Virus record (IMG/VR): IMGVR_UViG_3300010047_000005
Coordinates: 1-50,900 of that record
Source: a virus
Taxonomy: Duplodnaviria; Caudoviricetes
Length of the DNA stretch: 50,900 nt
Strand: one strand, 5' to 3'
Position numbers and translations under genes: made by a program. Below are positions 8,658 through 17,316 of this stretch, in pieces; position 1 is the first letter of the stretch; every line of letters starts with the position of its first letter. The notes below the pieces were generated by a model that saw only the letters and a list, made by a program, of their open reading frames with translations, was not told the origin of the DNA and did not search any database.

Positions 8658-8866
8658 TTCATCCCTCCGAATCGGGCCACCTTGCCGGCCCGGCGCTGGT
8701 CTACGTGGGCCACGGGGTCGCCCCCGTCTCCGGACCACACGATCAGGAACTCGCGGTGATTCGCGGTGTGCGAGCCGGTCGGGTGGTCCTTCTGGTTGCA
8801 ATCAAGGATGTGCCCCGAGAACACGGTCGAGGCGTTGCAAGCGCGGTGACTCACCTCGCGTTCCAC
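8654..8866 (-). CDS. Hypothetical protein
   Basis: 70 aa ORF in operon. Confidence 0.6.
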   Translation of the reverse strand: MEREVSHRACNASTVFSGHILDCNQKDHPTGSHTANHREFLIVWSGDGGDPVAHVDQRRAGKVARFGGMK

Positions 8867-9159
8867 CCGAGCCCTTCCTTGACGCTGCGATAGTCGGCGC
8901 AGACGCGCTCGTAGGCGCCCTCGGCCTGGCGGACATCCTCACGCAAGCCCTCGTTCTCGGCCGCGAGCTCTTCGATCCGGGCGTCGCGGATGGCGATCTC
9001 GACGTCGGCTGTCTTCGCGGCGGTCTCGATCATCTCGGCGACGTGCTTCGCGATCGTCTTCGCGGCGGCGGTCGGCTCCTCGGCGGCGAGCGCCATGATC
9101 ACGGCGACCTCGGTGAGCTCCTGGAGCATCTTCAGCTTCTTCTGGCCCTCGTCGGACAT
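8851..9159 (-). CDS. Coiled-coil hypothetical protein
   Basis: First gene after the 9235 promoter; AAGGGAAG RBS. Confidence 0.75.
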   Translation of the reverse strand: MSDEGQKKLKMLQELTEVAVIMALAAEEPTAAAKTIAKHVAEMIETAAKTADVEIAIRDARIEELAAENEGLREDVRQAEGAYERVCADYRSVKEGLGWNAR

Positions 9160-9206
9160 CTGGCTTCCCTTCTTTCGGTTCGGCCGGCTGGCCTCCCGTG
9201 GTGACT

Positions 9207-9235
9207 ACGTTACACACGTACGCCGTATACGTCAA
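9207..9235 (-). promoter_or_regulatory. Sigma70-type promoter with conserved spacer motif
   Basis: TTGACG-TATACGGCGTACGTGTG-TAACGT. Confidence 0.8.
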
Positions 9236-9256
9236 TGGGAATCGGACAGAAAGATA

Positions 9257-9278
9257 GGGACCCCCCGAAGAGGGTCCC
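9257..9278 (-). terminator. Hairpin with UUCG-containing loop upstream of the promoter
   Basis: gggaccc..ccgaag..gggtccc, followed on the minus strand by TATCTTTCT. Confidence 0.6.
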
Positions 9279-9299
9279 CTTCCTGCGGAAACGTAGCGG

Positions 9300-9398
9300 C
9301 TAGAACCTGCGGAACATGTCTCGCGCGTGCCACGCGACCACGGCGATAGTGCCGATCGCGGCGCCAATGAAGCCGAGCGCGAACCCTAGCCAGAACAT
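9300..9398 (-). CDS. 32-aa membrane peptide
   Basis: Manual translation MFWLGFALGFIGAAIGTIAVVAWHARDMFRRF; TGATG coupling and GGGGAGG RBS. Confidence 0.6.
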   Translation of the reverse strand: MFWLGFALGFIGAAIGTIAVVAWHARDMFRRF

Positions 9399-9532
9399 CA
9401 GCCCTCCCCCTCGAAGTCGTCCTCGTCGTCGAGCCATGACGAGAGGTCCGCGCCGCACTCCCGGCACTCGGAGCTACCCGGGCTCGGCTTGTGCTCGTAC
9501 GTGACGCCGCACTCGTCTTCGATGTCGCTCAC
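9398..9532 (-). CDS. Small acidic CxxC protein
   Basis: VSDIEDECG..ECRECG; GTGA overlap. Confidence 0.55.
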   Translation of the reverse strand: MSDIEDECGVTYEHKPSPGSSECRECGADLSSWLDDEDDFEGEG

Positions 9533-9723
9533 GACTCGCCCCAAGGGTCGGGCTGTGCGCGGCGCAAGCGGTGGGAGTTCGCGTCCCGCCACTCCTCGAC
9601 GGCGGCCTCAGCGATGATCGCGCATCGCTCCTTGCCGAGGAGCTTGCCGTTGGCCACGTCCTGCCCTGCGTCCTTCAGGCGGCGCATGACGTGGCGGTGG
9701 ATGCTCTCGAAGTTGCTGCTCAT
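9529..9723 (-). CDS. Hypothetical protein
   Basis: MSSNFESIHRHVMRRL..; GGAGG RBS. Confidence 0.65.
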   Translation of the reverse strand: MSSNFESIHRHVMRRLKDAGQDVANGKLLGKERCAIIAEAAVEEWRDANSHRLRRAQPDPWGES

Positions 9724-10367
9724 CACGCCTCCTGCTTCTTCACGCGGCGACGGTCGACTCCGAGGAGCTGCACCCGGACGCACTGCTCGGCCAGCCGGGA
9801 GACCATGCGCTCGCCGACGATCACGTTCAACTCGGCGGGAGTGAGGTTCGTCGTGTAGATGCTGGGCTTCTCGTCGTCGTAGCGGCCGGAAACGAGGCGG
9901 TGGGTGACCTCCTCGGTCCATTCGGTGGCCTTGCCGACGCCGAGGTCGTCGAGGAGCAGGAGCGGAGTCTCCCGCAGGGTCAGCATGTACTTCTCGGAGG
10001 TCATGTCGTCGCGCTCGCTGTACGCCCGAGGGCGCAGGTGAGCCACGAAGTCAGGGAAGGTCGTCGAGGTCCAGGTGCCGAGGACGTAGCGGCCCGCTCG
10101 GTTCGGCTTCAGGGATCGCACGGCAGCGGCCCTCAGAGCGCCGTAGGCGGCCCATGTCTTGCCGGACCCAACTGGACCCATCACGAGGAGGGATCGGGCC
10201 TCTGAGGGGCACTCGACGTACTCCTCGACCCATTCGGCAATCGCGGGGTGCTCGACCGCAGCGGCCCGGTAGCGCTTTGGGATCACCTCGTCGAGCCGAG
10301 CGTTCATCCGATCCTGAGCGTCCGCGAGATCAGTGATCACGGGGGCGCAGTTCACATCGGCGCTCAC
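9723..10367 (-). CDS. DnaC/IstB-like helicase loader ATPase
   Basis: GPVGSGKT, LLLLDDLG, TTNL, GERMVSRL; follows rep. Confidence 0.9.
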   Translation of the reverse strand: MSADVNCAPVITDLADAQDRMNARLDEVIPKRYRAAAVEHPAIAEWVEEYVECPSEARSLLVMGPVGSGKTWAAYGALRAAAVRSLKPNRAGRYVLGTWTSTTFPDFVAHLRPRAYSERDDMTSEKYMLTLRETPLLLLDDLGVGKATEWTEEVTHRLVSGRYDDEKPSIYTTNLTPAELNVIVGERMVSRLAEQCVRVQLLGVDRRRVKKQEA

Positions 10368-11200
10368 AGGTCCTCCAGGTAGGCGTCAAGGTTGGTCGGG
10401 TTCTGGTAGGCCACGTGCCGGCCCGAGCGGCCAGCGGAGGCCTTCTCGTAGCTGATACGCAGGGTCTCGTACTTCTGGCGGAACTTCGCCAGCGACAGGA
10501 TGTGAGCCGACCAGAAGGAGTCAGCGGCGGCCCAGTCGATGCCGCCCTTGATCTTCGAGACGGTCAGGCCGTCGACGTCGAGCAGCAACCGGGCTGCCTC
10601 CTTGTCGCTCTTGGTGCGCTTTTTGGGTTTGCACCCACGGCGCACGAGCGACTCGTTGAAATGATCGAGGACTTCCCGGATGTCATCACGAGAATCGAGC
10701 TCGTCGCTTGCGACGGGCGCATGTTCTTTGTGTTCAGAACTGGTGTGTTCCCTTGGTGTGTTCTTGGGTCCCTTGGTGGAGTGACCCCCCTCACTTGGAG
10801 GAGTGACTTGATCTGAGCTGGGAAAACTAGGTGTTTCCGCAGGTGGCGACAGGTCACTTCCTGGAGGTACCCCCCCTCCATTTTTCGGCTCGATATCGAT
10901 CAGGAAATAGTGCAATCCGGACAGTGATCCGTCGGAGCGGCGGCGCTCCCGGGTGCTCAGGATTCCAAGATCGCGCATCTTCTGGATCGTGTTACGAGTC
11001 GTGCTGATCGCCACCCCGGCGCGCTCGGCGATCTTCTTCGTCGTCGGAAACCCAGCCCCATTGCGATCGGCAAAGCTCCGCAGCGAGACGTACACGCCGA
11101 TCTCGGCGCCCTTGATGTACCGCAGCACCCACACGGGGACCATTGCCCACGGGCCAGTTTGCGAGTGGACCTCACCTCCGCACTCGTCGTCATCGATCAT
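10364..11200 (-). CDS. Replication initiator protein (N-terminal wHTH)
   Basis: VYVSLRSFAD..FPTTKKIAERAGV..LRDLG; C-terminal DSFWSAHILSLAKFRQKYETL; adjacent to DnaC-like gene. Confidence 0.8.
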   Translation of the reverse strand: MIDDDECGGEVHSQTGPWAMVPVWVLRYIKGAEIGVYVSLRSFADRNGAGFPTTKKIAERAGVAISTTRNTIQKMRDLGILSTRERRRSDGSLSGLHYFLIDIEPKNGGGVPPGSDLSPPAETPSFPSSDQVTPPSEGGHSTKGPKNTPREHTSSEHKEHAPVASDELDSRDDIREVLDHFNESLVRRGCKPKKRTKSDKEAARLLLDVDGLTVSKIKGGIDWAAADSFWSAHILSLAKFRQKYETLRISYEKASAGRSGRHVAYQNPTNLDAYLEDL

Positions 11201-11364
11201 GCGCCGACCTCGGCAGCCTCGAAGCGCGCTTGAATCGCCTCGTCGAGCAGCTCCTCCAGGATCTCGGCAACACTGAGCTCGCGCTCGTCAGCGAGCTTTC
11301 CGAGGTACTCCCGCTGCCGGGGGGGGATGGTCGCGGAGATGCGAACCTTCCGGATCTTGGCCAT
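11197..11364 (-). CDS. Ribbon-helix-helix DNA-binding protein, 55 aa
   Basis: Manual translation MAKIRKVRISATIPPRQREYLGKLADERELSVAEILEELLDEAI (strand-helix-helix); AAGGAG RBS. Confidence 0.75.
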   Translation of the reverse strand: MAKIRKVRISATIPPRQREYLGKLADERELSVAEILEELLDEAIQARFEAAEVGA

Positions 11365-11406
11365 GACCTGCACTCCTTCTAGTTTTGGGACCGGGGATGA
11401 GGGGGC

Positions 11407-11679
11407 TTAGTAGCCCTGCGCGTCCTCGATCTGCTCCGAGGTGTCGAGGTAGGCGAAGGAACCGCCCTGCGTTAGGCCGCCCTTCGGGCCGATCAGGCCG
11501 AGCCGCGCGAGCTCCGAGAGGGCCTCGGCGGTGTGCCGGCCCTGCGGGCAGGTGCCCTGTCGGCTCGTTCCGCAGGACCGAAGGGCGATCAGGACGTCCC
11601 CGGTGATCTCCGTCTTGCCGATCACGCGGCCGGCCTTGCGGATCTTCACCGTGAGCTTCATGTCCTGGATCTTCAGCAT
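11407..11679 (-). CDS. Hypothetical protein
   Basis: MLKIQDMKL..; AGGGAAGGG RBS. Confidence 0.7.
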   Translation of the reverse strand: MLKIQDMKLTVKIRKAGRVIGKTEITGDVLIALRSCGTSRQGTCPQGRHTAEALSELARLGLIGPKGGLTQGGSFAYLDTSEQIEDAQGY

Positions 11680-11715
11680 TTCGGGGTTCCCTTCCCTCGT
11701 TTCCCTTACCTCTTT

Positions 11716-11744
11716 ATTGGACCATAGTTGGTGCAACTTGTCAA
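11716..11744 (-). promoter_or_regulatory. Candidate promoter of the replication operon with inverted repeat
   Basis: TTGACA followed by the AGTTG-cac-CAACT palindrome; -10 element ambiguous. Confidence 0.5.
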
Positions 11745-11778
11745 CACGGGGACACGAAGTGTGGTCTGACCTGCGGTT

Positions 11779-11958
11779 TTAGTCGTCGTCGCGCGAGCCG
11801 GCCGCGCGCTCCTTGACATCCCGGGGGCGAGTACGGAAGACGGGCGCCGGGGAGTGCATGGCCCGGGCGCGGGCGTTGTTCTCCGGTAGACCGCAGACGA
11901 CGCACCAACGGCGACCCTCGCGGTCCCGGTTCTCGGTGCGCATTGCGTGCCTGTTCAT
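11779..11958 (-). CDS. Hypothetical protein, 59 aa
   Basis: Manual translation MNRHAMRTENRDREGRRWCVVCG..; GAGGAGG RBS. Confidence 0.6.
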   Translation of the reverse strand: MNRHAMRTENRDREGRRWCVVCGLPENNARARAMHSPAPVFRTRPRDVKERAAGSRDDD

Positions 11959-12005
11959 GGCGTGCCTCCTCTCTGCGTTCTAGATCAAGTCTAGGTGTCT
12001 GATCG

Positions 12006-12034
12006 TTGACCTATACGGCGTAGGGTGTTACCGT
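12006..12034 (+). promoter_or_regulatory. Promoter with conserved spacer motif; leaderless start at ATG 12041
   Basis: TTGACC-TATACGGCGTAGGGTGT-TACCGT, then 6 nt to ATG. Confidence 0.75.
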
Positions 12035-12040
12035 CCCTAC

Positions 12041-12352
12041 ATGACCGACGAGACACGCCCCAAGTGGGAGGATTCGCGCATTGCCCCCGCGATCCGAAAG
12101 CGCATGGAGAACCGGAACGCCGAGGCAGCGAATCTGCTCGCTTCGCGCGGGTACACGGTCGTTTCTCCTGATCAGCGTGACGAGGCATTGAGAAATGTCG
12201 CTAACGCTGTCAAGAAGATCAGGAAAATCCAGCACGCACAAGCGGATTGGATCGATCTTCTACCCGAGATCGAAGTCGCCGTGACGGATGCGTTCGGCGT
12301 TCAACGTGGGACGCTACGTGATTACGCAGACCTCGACCACGACGACTACTAG
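12041..12352 (+). CDS. Hypothetical protein (lower GC)
   Basis: 103 aa ORF directly behind the promoter. Confidence 0.75.
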   Translation: MTDETRPKWEDSRIAPAIRKRMENRNAEAANLLASRGYTVVSPDQRDEALRNVANAVKKIRKIQHAQADWIDLLPEIEVAVTDAFGVQRGTLRDYADLDHDDY

Positions 12353-12365
12353 CCAGAAAGGGTGA

Positions 12366-12388
12366 CGCCCCCGTCGTGAGCGGGGGCG
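12366..12388 (+). terminator. Hairpin
   Basis: cgcccccg..cgggggcg. Confidence 0.5.
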
Positions 12389-12422
12389 CCGGAAGCCAGC
12401 GAGCGAAAGAAGGGAAACTCTC

Positions 12423-12827
12423 GTGACCGCGAAGAACGTATCAGACACCGCCGTAACGATCATCCGCAGGGAAGCGAAGTTGATCGAAGAGTATGGATGG
12501 CGTCACAAGATCGAAGATAATCTCGCCGCCCGCAAGGGTGCGTTCGGCCTGAACCTCTCCCTAGCTGCGTGTTGGGCCGTGTATGGCGAGCCCTGCCAGC
12601 CCCGGGACCTCGACTCCCGACAGTCGGAAATCGTCGCCGAGATCCTGGAGATCATCGAGGTCGGGCTCCGCATGACCGCGATCGAGTACGAGGCCCGGTT
12701 CGCCGACGCCTACGCCGGGCACGTAGCCCACGACCTGCGGCTCGTCGCCGAGAACCTGGAGAAAGAGATCCTGTCCGGAGGGACGAAGCTCAAGCGTGCA
12801 CTGTCCCCGTATGGTTACGGAACGTGA
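12423..12827 (+). CDS. Hypothetical protein
   Basis: 134 aa ORF, AAGGGA RBS. Confidence 0.75.
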   Translation: MTAKNVSDTAVTIIRREAKLIEEYGWRHKIEDNLAARKGAFGLNLSLAACWAVYGEPCQPRDLDSRQSEIVAEILEIIEVGLRMTAIEYEARFADAYAGHVAHDLRLVAENLEKEILSGGTKLKRALSPYGYGT

Positions 12828-12842
12828 GAGGGGGGCGCTGAC

Positions 12843-13061
12843 ATGTGGCTTGTCATTCTTAGCGCCCCCCTAGCGCTCGCGGCCCTCGCCTTCATGGTGG
12901 GGGCCGCGCTGCGTTGCCGGGCCGAATTTGAGGCCGAGCTCGTGTCGCCAGCCACTCTGGCCGAGCTCTGCCAGCGGTCGAGGATGCGCGACGAGGCCGA
13001 CATGATCACTTCCATGAGATCGGCCGACATCCTCCGTGAGCTGCTGAAACCTAACTTGTAA
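12843..13061 (+). CDS. Membrane protein
   Basis: N-terminal hydrophobic helix, GAGGGGG RBS. Confidence 0.65.
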   Translation: MWLVILSAPLALAALAFMVGAALRCRAEFEAELVSPATLAELCQRSRMRDEADMITSMRSADILRELLKPNL

Positions 13062-13068
13062 CTCACCA

Positions 13069-13097
13069 TTGACGTATACGGCGTAGGTGTGTATCGT
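13069..13097 (+). promoter_or_regulatory. Promoter with conserved spacer motif, recombination operon
   Basis: TTGACG-TATACGGCGTAGGTGTG-TATCGT. Confidence 0.8.
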
Positions 13098-13180
13098 AGG
13101 GATCAGCACCGGTGAGGCGTTGGGGGTCACGACAAGACTCTGGCCCCCTTCGCCCCCGGCCAAACTTAGGAGGTGGACCC

Positions 13181-13441
13181 ATGAATCGACGTGCGACCGT
13201 CGCGGCTGAACTCGCCGCCTACGCGATCCGTATCGCCCTCGGGCAGGTCGACGTTCCCGCCGAGCAGAAGTACAGCTACGAGCTCGGCCAGGGCCACGAC
13301 TACGAAGCGCCCATCGTCCCCGAAGCGATCCACGCGGCCCTGTGCCACGCCGGCCCCGGGGCGATCCTGCTCTGCGACGAGGCGGCACGGATCAACGTCT
13401 GCGACGCCTGCGGGCTCGCGATCAAGCTGGAGGACCAGTGA
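13181..13441 (+). CDS. Hypothetical protein
   Basis: AGGAGG RBS before ATG 13181. Confidence 0.7.
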   Translation: MNRRATVAAELAAYAIRIALGQVDVPAEQKYSYELGQGHDYEAPIVPEAIHAALCHAGPGAILLCDEAARINVCDACGLAIKLEDQ

Positions 13442-13980
13442 TCATCAATCAGCCCGGGGTGTACGACATCACGCCCGCGCATCGACTTGAGGTTCCCCTT
13501 AGCCGGGGTGATGTTGCGCTGATCAATTCATCCGATTGGGCGGCTATCGAGGGTTACGCATGGAAATCCAAGCTCGGCAATAACGGCAAAAGGTATGCCT
13601 GCGTCACGGTCGGCAGAATCACTATCTATATGCATCGGGTGATTCTGGGGGCGCCTAAAGGTTTCGAGGTTGATCACATCAATGGCGACGGCCTCGACAA
13701 TCGCAGAGAGAATTTACGCCTAGCAAGCCAGTCGCAGAACAGCGCGAACACAGGTAAGCCCAAGAGGCCGGACGGATCGGCTCACACCTCCCAGTTCAAG
13801 GGCGTCACATGGGACCCGATGCGCCGGAAGTGGCAATCGAAGATAACCGTCCTGGGTAAGTGTCGAAGCTTGGGCCGCTTCCTCTGCGAGGAGGAGGCTG
13901 CCAGGGCTTACGACCTGGCCGCACTGTCGACGTGGGGCGAATTTGCTCAGCTTAATTTTCCGATCGGAGTCGAGAAGTGA
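13438..13980 (+). CDS. HNH-AP2 homing endonuclease
   Basis: YMHRVI..VDHINGDGLDNRRENLR..SQN; AP2 motif SQFKGV.W..W..LGRF..EEEAARAYD. Confidence 0.92.
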   Translation: MIINQPGVYDITPAHRLEVPLSRGDVALINSSDWAAIEGYAWKSKLGNNGKRYACVTVGRITIYMHRVILGAPKGFEVDHINGDGLDNRRENLRLASQSQNSANTGKPKRPDGSAHTSQFKGVTWDPMRRKWQSKITVLGKCRSLGRFLCEEEAARAYDLAALSTWGEFAQLNFPIGVEK

Positions 13981-14801
13981 GTAATGATCTAGTAATTAAT
14001 ACCCCGGGCGTTTATGACATTTCTCCTGCCGCCTACCACCGGGACCCGGTGCCCGGGGGCTCGCTCTCGTCGAGCGGCGCCCGGCTCCTGCTCTCGGCCA
14101 CGCCCGCCGAGTTCCGGTACCGCCAGTTCAACCCCAAGACCACGGACGCTATGGACTTCGGGTCCGTCGCTCATCGGGTCGTCCTCGGCAAGGGCGACGA
14201 TTACGAGGTCCTCGACTTCCCCAACCGCACCACCAACGCCTACAAGGCGGCCGACAAGGCGGCCCGCGAGGCCGGGCGTATCCCGATCCTGAAGAAGGAC
14301 TTCGAGACCGTGCTCGCCATGGCGAAGGTCATGCGCGAGAACCGCGACGTCGCCCGGCTCATGGCCACCGGGAAGGCCGAGCAGGTCATCATCTGGAAGG
14401 CCGGCGCAATCTGGCGCCGGGCCATGCTCGACTGGATCAACGACGAGGGGCCGGTCGACTACAAGACGACGACGGACCTCTCCGACCGGGCGCTCGCTAA
14501 GGCCGTGTGGAACTACCGGTACGACCTTCAGCTCGCCTGGTACCGCGACGCCTGCGCGGCCGTGGGCCTGCCGGCCGAGAAGTGCCGGCTCGTCTTCCAG
14601 TCCAAGACCGCGCCCTACCTCGTGCGCGTGATCACCATCGACCCGTACGATCTCGCCGCCGCGCAGGACACGAACGAGGGCCTCGCGAAGGTCTACCGCG
14701 ATTGTGTCGCCCTGGACGAATGGCCCGGCTACGCCGAGGGCGAGACCACCATCTCTCTCCCCACCTGGACCCGCAGCACCGACAACGAGGAGACCGTCTG
14801 A
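13977..14801 (+). CDS. RecE/Exonuclease VIII-like PD-(D/E)XK exonuclease
   Basis: LSSSGAR, FGSVAH, RAMLDW..VDYKTT, YDLQLAWY. Confidence 0.85.
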   Translation: MSNDLVINTPGVYDISPAAYHRDPVPGGSLSSSGARLLLSATPAEFRYRQFNPKTTDAMDFGSVAHRVVLGKGDDYEVLDFPNRTTNAYKAADKAAREAGRIPILKKDFETVLAMAKVMRENRDVARLMATGKAEQVIIWKAGAIWRRAMLDWINDEGPVDYKTTTDLSDRALAKAVWNYRYDLQLAWYRDACAAVGLPAEKCRLVFQSKTAPYLVRVITIDPYDLAAAQDTNEGLAKVYRDCVALDEWPGYAEGETTISLPTWTRSTDNEETV

Positions 14802-15553
14802 TGTTGGACCGCGCGCAGCACGCCTACTTGCTCGGGGAGCTCCACCCCTCCCGGGTCCAGAAGGACGGGAAGGGCAAGTCCCACGTGCAGGCGTGGGACG
14901 TCCGTCGGCACCTGATCCGGGCCTTCGGGTTCGGCGGGTTCGACGTCGAGACGGTCGCGATTCACCTCGTGAGCGAGAGGGAGAACGGCAACCGCTTCAC
15001 GGTGATCTACCGGGCCGACGTCCGGCTTACCGTGAAGAACCCCGACGGGTCCGTGCTGGCGCGCTACGAGGACTCGGCGACCGGGGATGCGATCAATCAG
15101 CCCTCGCTCGCCGACGCCCACGATCTCGCGCTGAAGACGGCGCTCTCGCAGGGCCTGAAGCGGTGCGCGGTCAACCTCGGCGATCAGTTCGGGCTCTCCC
15201 TGTACAACAAGGGGCAGGCCGGAGAGGCGGTCGTGCGCAGCGCGTACCACCCCGAGATCGTCGCGGAAAAGGCAGCGATCAAGCCGGCGACCGAGGATGC
15301 TCCCGTGGAGGGCGACGAGAACGACGCGCCCCCCGCCGAGCCGGCCCTCGACCGTGAGGAAGTCGTCCTCGCGTCCAACGCGGTCCTGGAGATGATCCAG
15401 AAGGCCGAGAGCAAGTCGGACCTCGCGGTTGCCTGGAAAGAGATGAAGGGCGCCGAGAGCAACGGCCAGCTCACGAAGCACGCGGTCGAGCTGCTGTCCG
15501 AGCAGTGGCAGGCCCGGAAGGAGTACCTACTCAACGAAGGGAAGATGACGTGA
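14801..15553 (+). CDS. Rad52/Rad22-family (Sak-like) ssDNA annealing protein
   Basis: SHVQAWDV..FGFGGFD, ALKTALSQGLKRCAVNLGDQFGLSLY; follows the exonuclease. Confidence 0.85.
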   Translation: MLDRAQHAYLLGELHPSRVQKDGKGKSHVQAWDVRRHLIRAFGFGGFDVETVAIHLVSERENGNRFTVIYRADVRLTVKNPDGSVLARYEDSATGDAINQPSLADAHDLALKTALSQGLKRCAVNLGDQFGLSLYNKGQAGEAVVRSAYHPEIVAEKAAIKPATEDAPVEGDENDAPPAEPALDREEVVLASNAVLEMIQKAESKSDLAVAWKEMKGAESNGQLTKHAVELLSEQWQARKEYLLNEGKMT

Positions 15554-15852
15554 TCCGAGTACGTGGGGGGGCCGCCATCATCGGGGCGGCCCGCCGCGCC
15601 TGCGAGGCCGAGAGGGCTTACGACTGGCTCGAGGAGGCGAAGTGCGGGAAGTCCGACCCCGAGCTGTTCTTCCCGATCGACTACAAGTCGGGGCCGGATC
15701 TACTCCAGGTCGAGCAGGCTAAGCGAGTGTGCAAGGGGTGCCCGGTCAAGTCGGACTGCCTGCGTTGGGCGGTCGAGAGCGGCCAGGCCGACGGGGTGTG
15801 GGGTGGCCTCACCCCCGAGGAGCGATCGATTTTCAAGAAGAAGGGGAACTAA
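15550..15852 (+). CDS. whiB: WhiB-family transcription factor (WhiB1/WblE-like)
   Basis: C..DPELFFP..CxxCPV..C and GVWGG. Confidence 0.92.
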   Translation: MIRVRGGAAIIGAARRACEAERAYDWLEEAKCGKSDPELFFPIDYKSGPDLLQVEQAKRVCKGCPVKSDCLRWAVESGQADGVWGGLTPEERSIFKKKGN

Positions 15853-15853
15853 G

Positions 15854-16558
15854 TTGATCACCACGAGCGCCCGCGAGATGGTCGCGGCACTGAAGAACGT
15901 TGTCGACTTCGCGTCGGCCGACGTCGACGACCCGGCGTACAACGTGACCCGCCTGGACTTCGACGGCGACAGCCTGTACGCCTCGGCCAGCAACCGCAGT
16001 CAGCACGTCCGCTACGAGCTGGACATCGAGGAGAACGGCGGCAACGAGGACAGCGCCGCATCCTGGCAGTACGGAATCTCGGCGGAGGCGCGTCCGTTCT
16101 CCGTCCGGATCGATGTCCTTACCACCAAGTCGATCATTACGGCGCTGACCATGAAGCCCTCCAAGCTCATGTTCGCCCCGGTCACGATCAAGGTGATCCC
16201 GGACCTCGAAGAGCGGAACCTGTTCAAGGTCAAGTTCATCCGGGACGGCAACGACCCGCTCTGGACTCCGACGGCTTACCACGTCACCGGACGCGGGCGC
16301 CCCGAGGCCGACGAGGGCGACGCCCCCGAGGTCGACATCTTCGAGCTGATCGAGCGCACGCGCGAGCTGGCCGGCCGCAACTTCGGATTTGCGTTCAACG
16401 CAAAGCATCTTGCGAACTTCGCAAAGGTGGTTGCCTACGGGCCTACCGAGTTCGACTTCACCGGGGACGCCGAGCAGGCGCTCCGCGTGAGGATCGGTAA
16501 GCGCTTCGAGGGGGTCGTCTATCCGGCCCGCATGGAGCGCCCCGCACCGATGGAGTAA
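15854..16558 (+). CDS. DNA polymerase III beta-clamp-like protein
   Basis: ALKNVVDFAS.D..P..LYASASNR, FAFNAKHL, GVVYPARM resemble clamp domain motifs. Confidence 0.6.
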   Translation: MITTSAREMVAALKNVVDFASADVDDPAYNVTRLDFDGDSLYASASNRSQHVRYELDIEENGGNEDSAASWQYGISAEARPFSVRIDVLTTKSIITALTMKPSKLMFAPVTIKVIPDLEERNLFKVKFIRDGNDPLWTPTAYHVTGRGRPEADEGDAPEVDIFELIERTRELAGRNFGFAFNAKHLANFAKVVAYGPTEFDFTGDAEQALRVRIGKRFEGVVYPARMERPAPME

Positions 16559-16569
16559 CCTGCACAGCA

Positions 16570-16616
16570 ACGCCCCCGGGCCGCGATCCGCTTAGGCGGT
16601 GCAGGCCCGGGGGCGT
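16570..16616. terminator. Hairpin between convergent early and late arms
   Basis: acgcccccgggcc...ggcccgggggcgt. Confidence 0.65.
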
Positions 16617-16665
16617 CACTCTGTCTGGGGCGCCCCCTACTTGCAACGCAGCCGGGGGACGCGCG

Positions 16666-17316
16666 TCAACGGTACCGGACGACCGGCCCTCCCCAGTCGA
16701 AGACCGTCCCGCGCTCGGCGAAGCGCCGGGCGACGCGCCCCTCCCCGTGCCCCGAGAGCGAGCCGTCCGGGGGGTGGTCGACGAGGGAGGGCCACGAGTA
16801 CCACGGCTCTAGGCCGGCCGAGCGCGCCCAACGCCCGACGCGCTGGTCGTCGGCGAGCTGGTATTGCCGGTCGGCGTGCTCGATCATCGCGGGAATCCGG
16901 GCCGTCGGCACAGCCAGCGCCACGCCCCACATGAGCATGGGGCCGACGATCCACGCCGCCCCCTGCTCGTCAGCCTTCTTTGCGAGCGCGTGCCAGACCC
17001 CCGGGACCGGGCGCCGGGTGCCCATGTAGAACGAGACGACCGCGTTCTCGGGGACGTACCGCAGCGCCGAGGGGGCCACGCGCAGGAGGTCGGGATTCGC
17101 GATCGCGTCGTCCTGAAGGAGGAGGTGCCAATCGGCCCCCTCGTCTCGAAGCTCCCAGCCTTTTCGGGCCGTGCGCCACGTCCGGTTAGGGTCTCGGCTC
17201 GGTGGCCCCTCGTCGTCCCAACCGACCGGGATTCCCGGGTTCCCGAGATGGCGGTCGAGGTGCGCGACCTGCTCGACCCGGTTTGGATGGGCCATGATGC
17301 TTACCGAGAGCCTCAC
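16666..17316 (-). CDS. Glycosyltransferase-like protein (GT-A)
   Basis: SIMAHPNR, WHLLLQDDA, PSLVDH. Confidence 0.7.
   Translation of the reverse strand: MRLSVSIMAHPNRVEQVAHLDRHLGNPGIPVGWDDEGPPSRDPNRTWRTARKGWELRDEGADWHLLLQDDAIANPDLLRVAPSALRYVPENAVVSFYMGTRRPVPGVWHALAKKADEQGAAWIVGPMLMWGVALAVPTARIPAMIEHADRQYQLADDQRVGRWARSAGLEPWYSWPSLVDHPPDGSLSGHGEGRVARRFAERGTVFDWGGPVVRYR

Noticed and set aside
9723-10367. IS21 IstB transposition helper
   Set aside because: No IstA transposase; adjacency to rep indicates a DnaC-like loader
11329-11336. G8 tract as a phase-variation switch in the RHH gene
   Set aside because: Frame is intact, the tract encodes Ile-Pro-Pro-Arg, and one sequence gives no evidence of length variation
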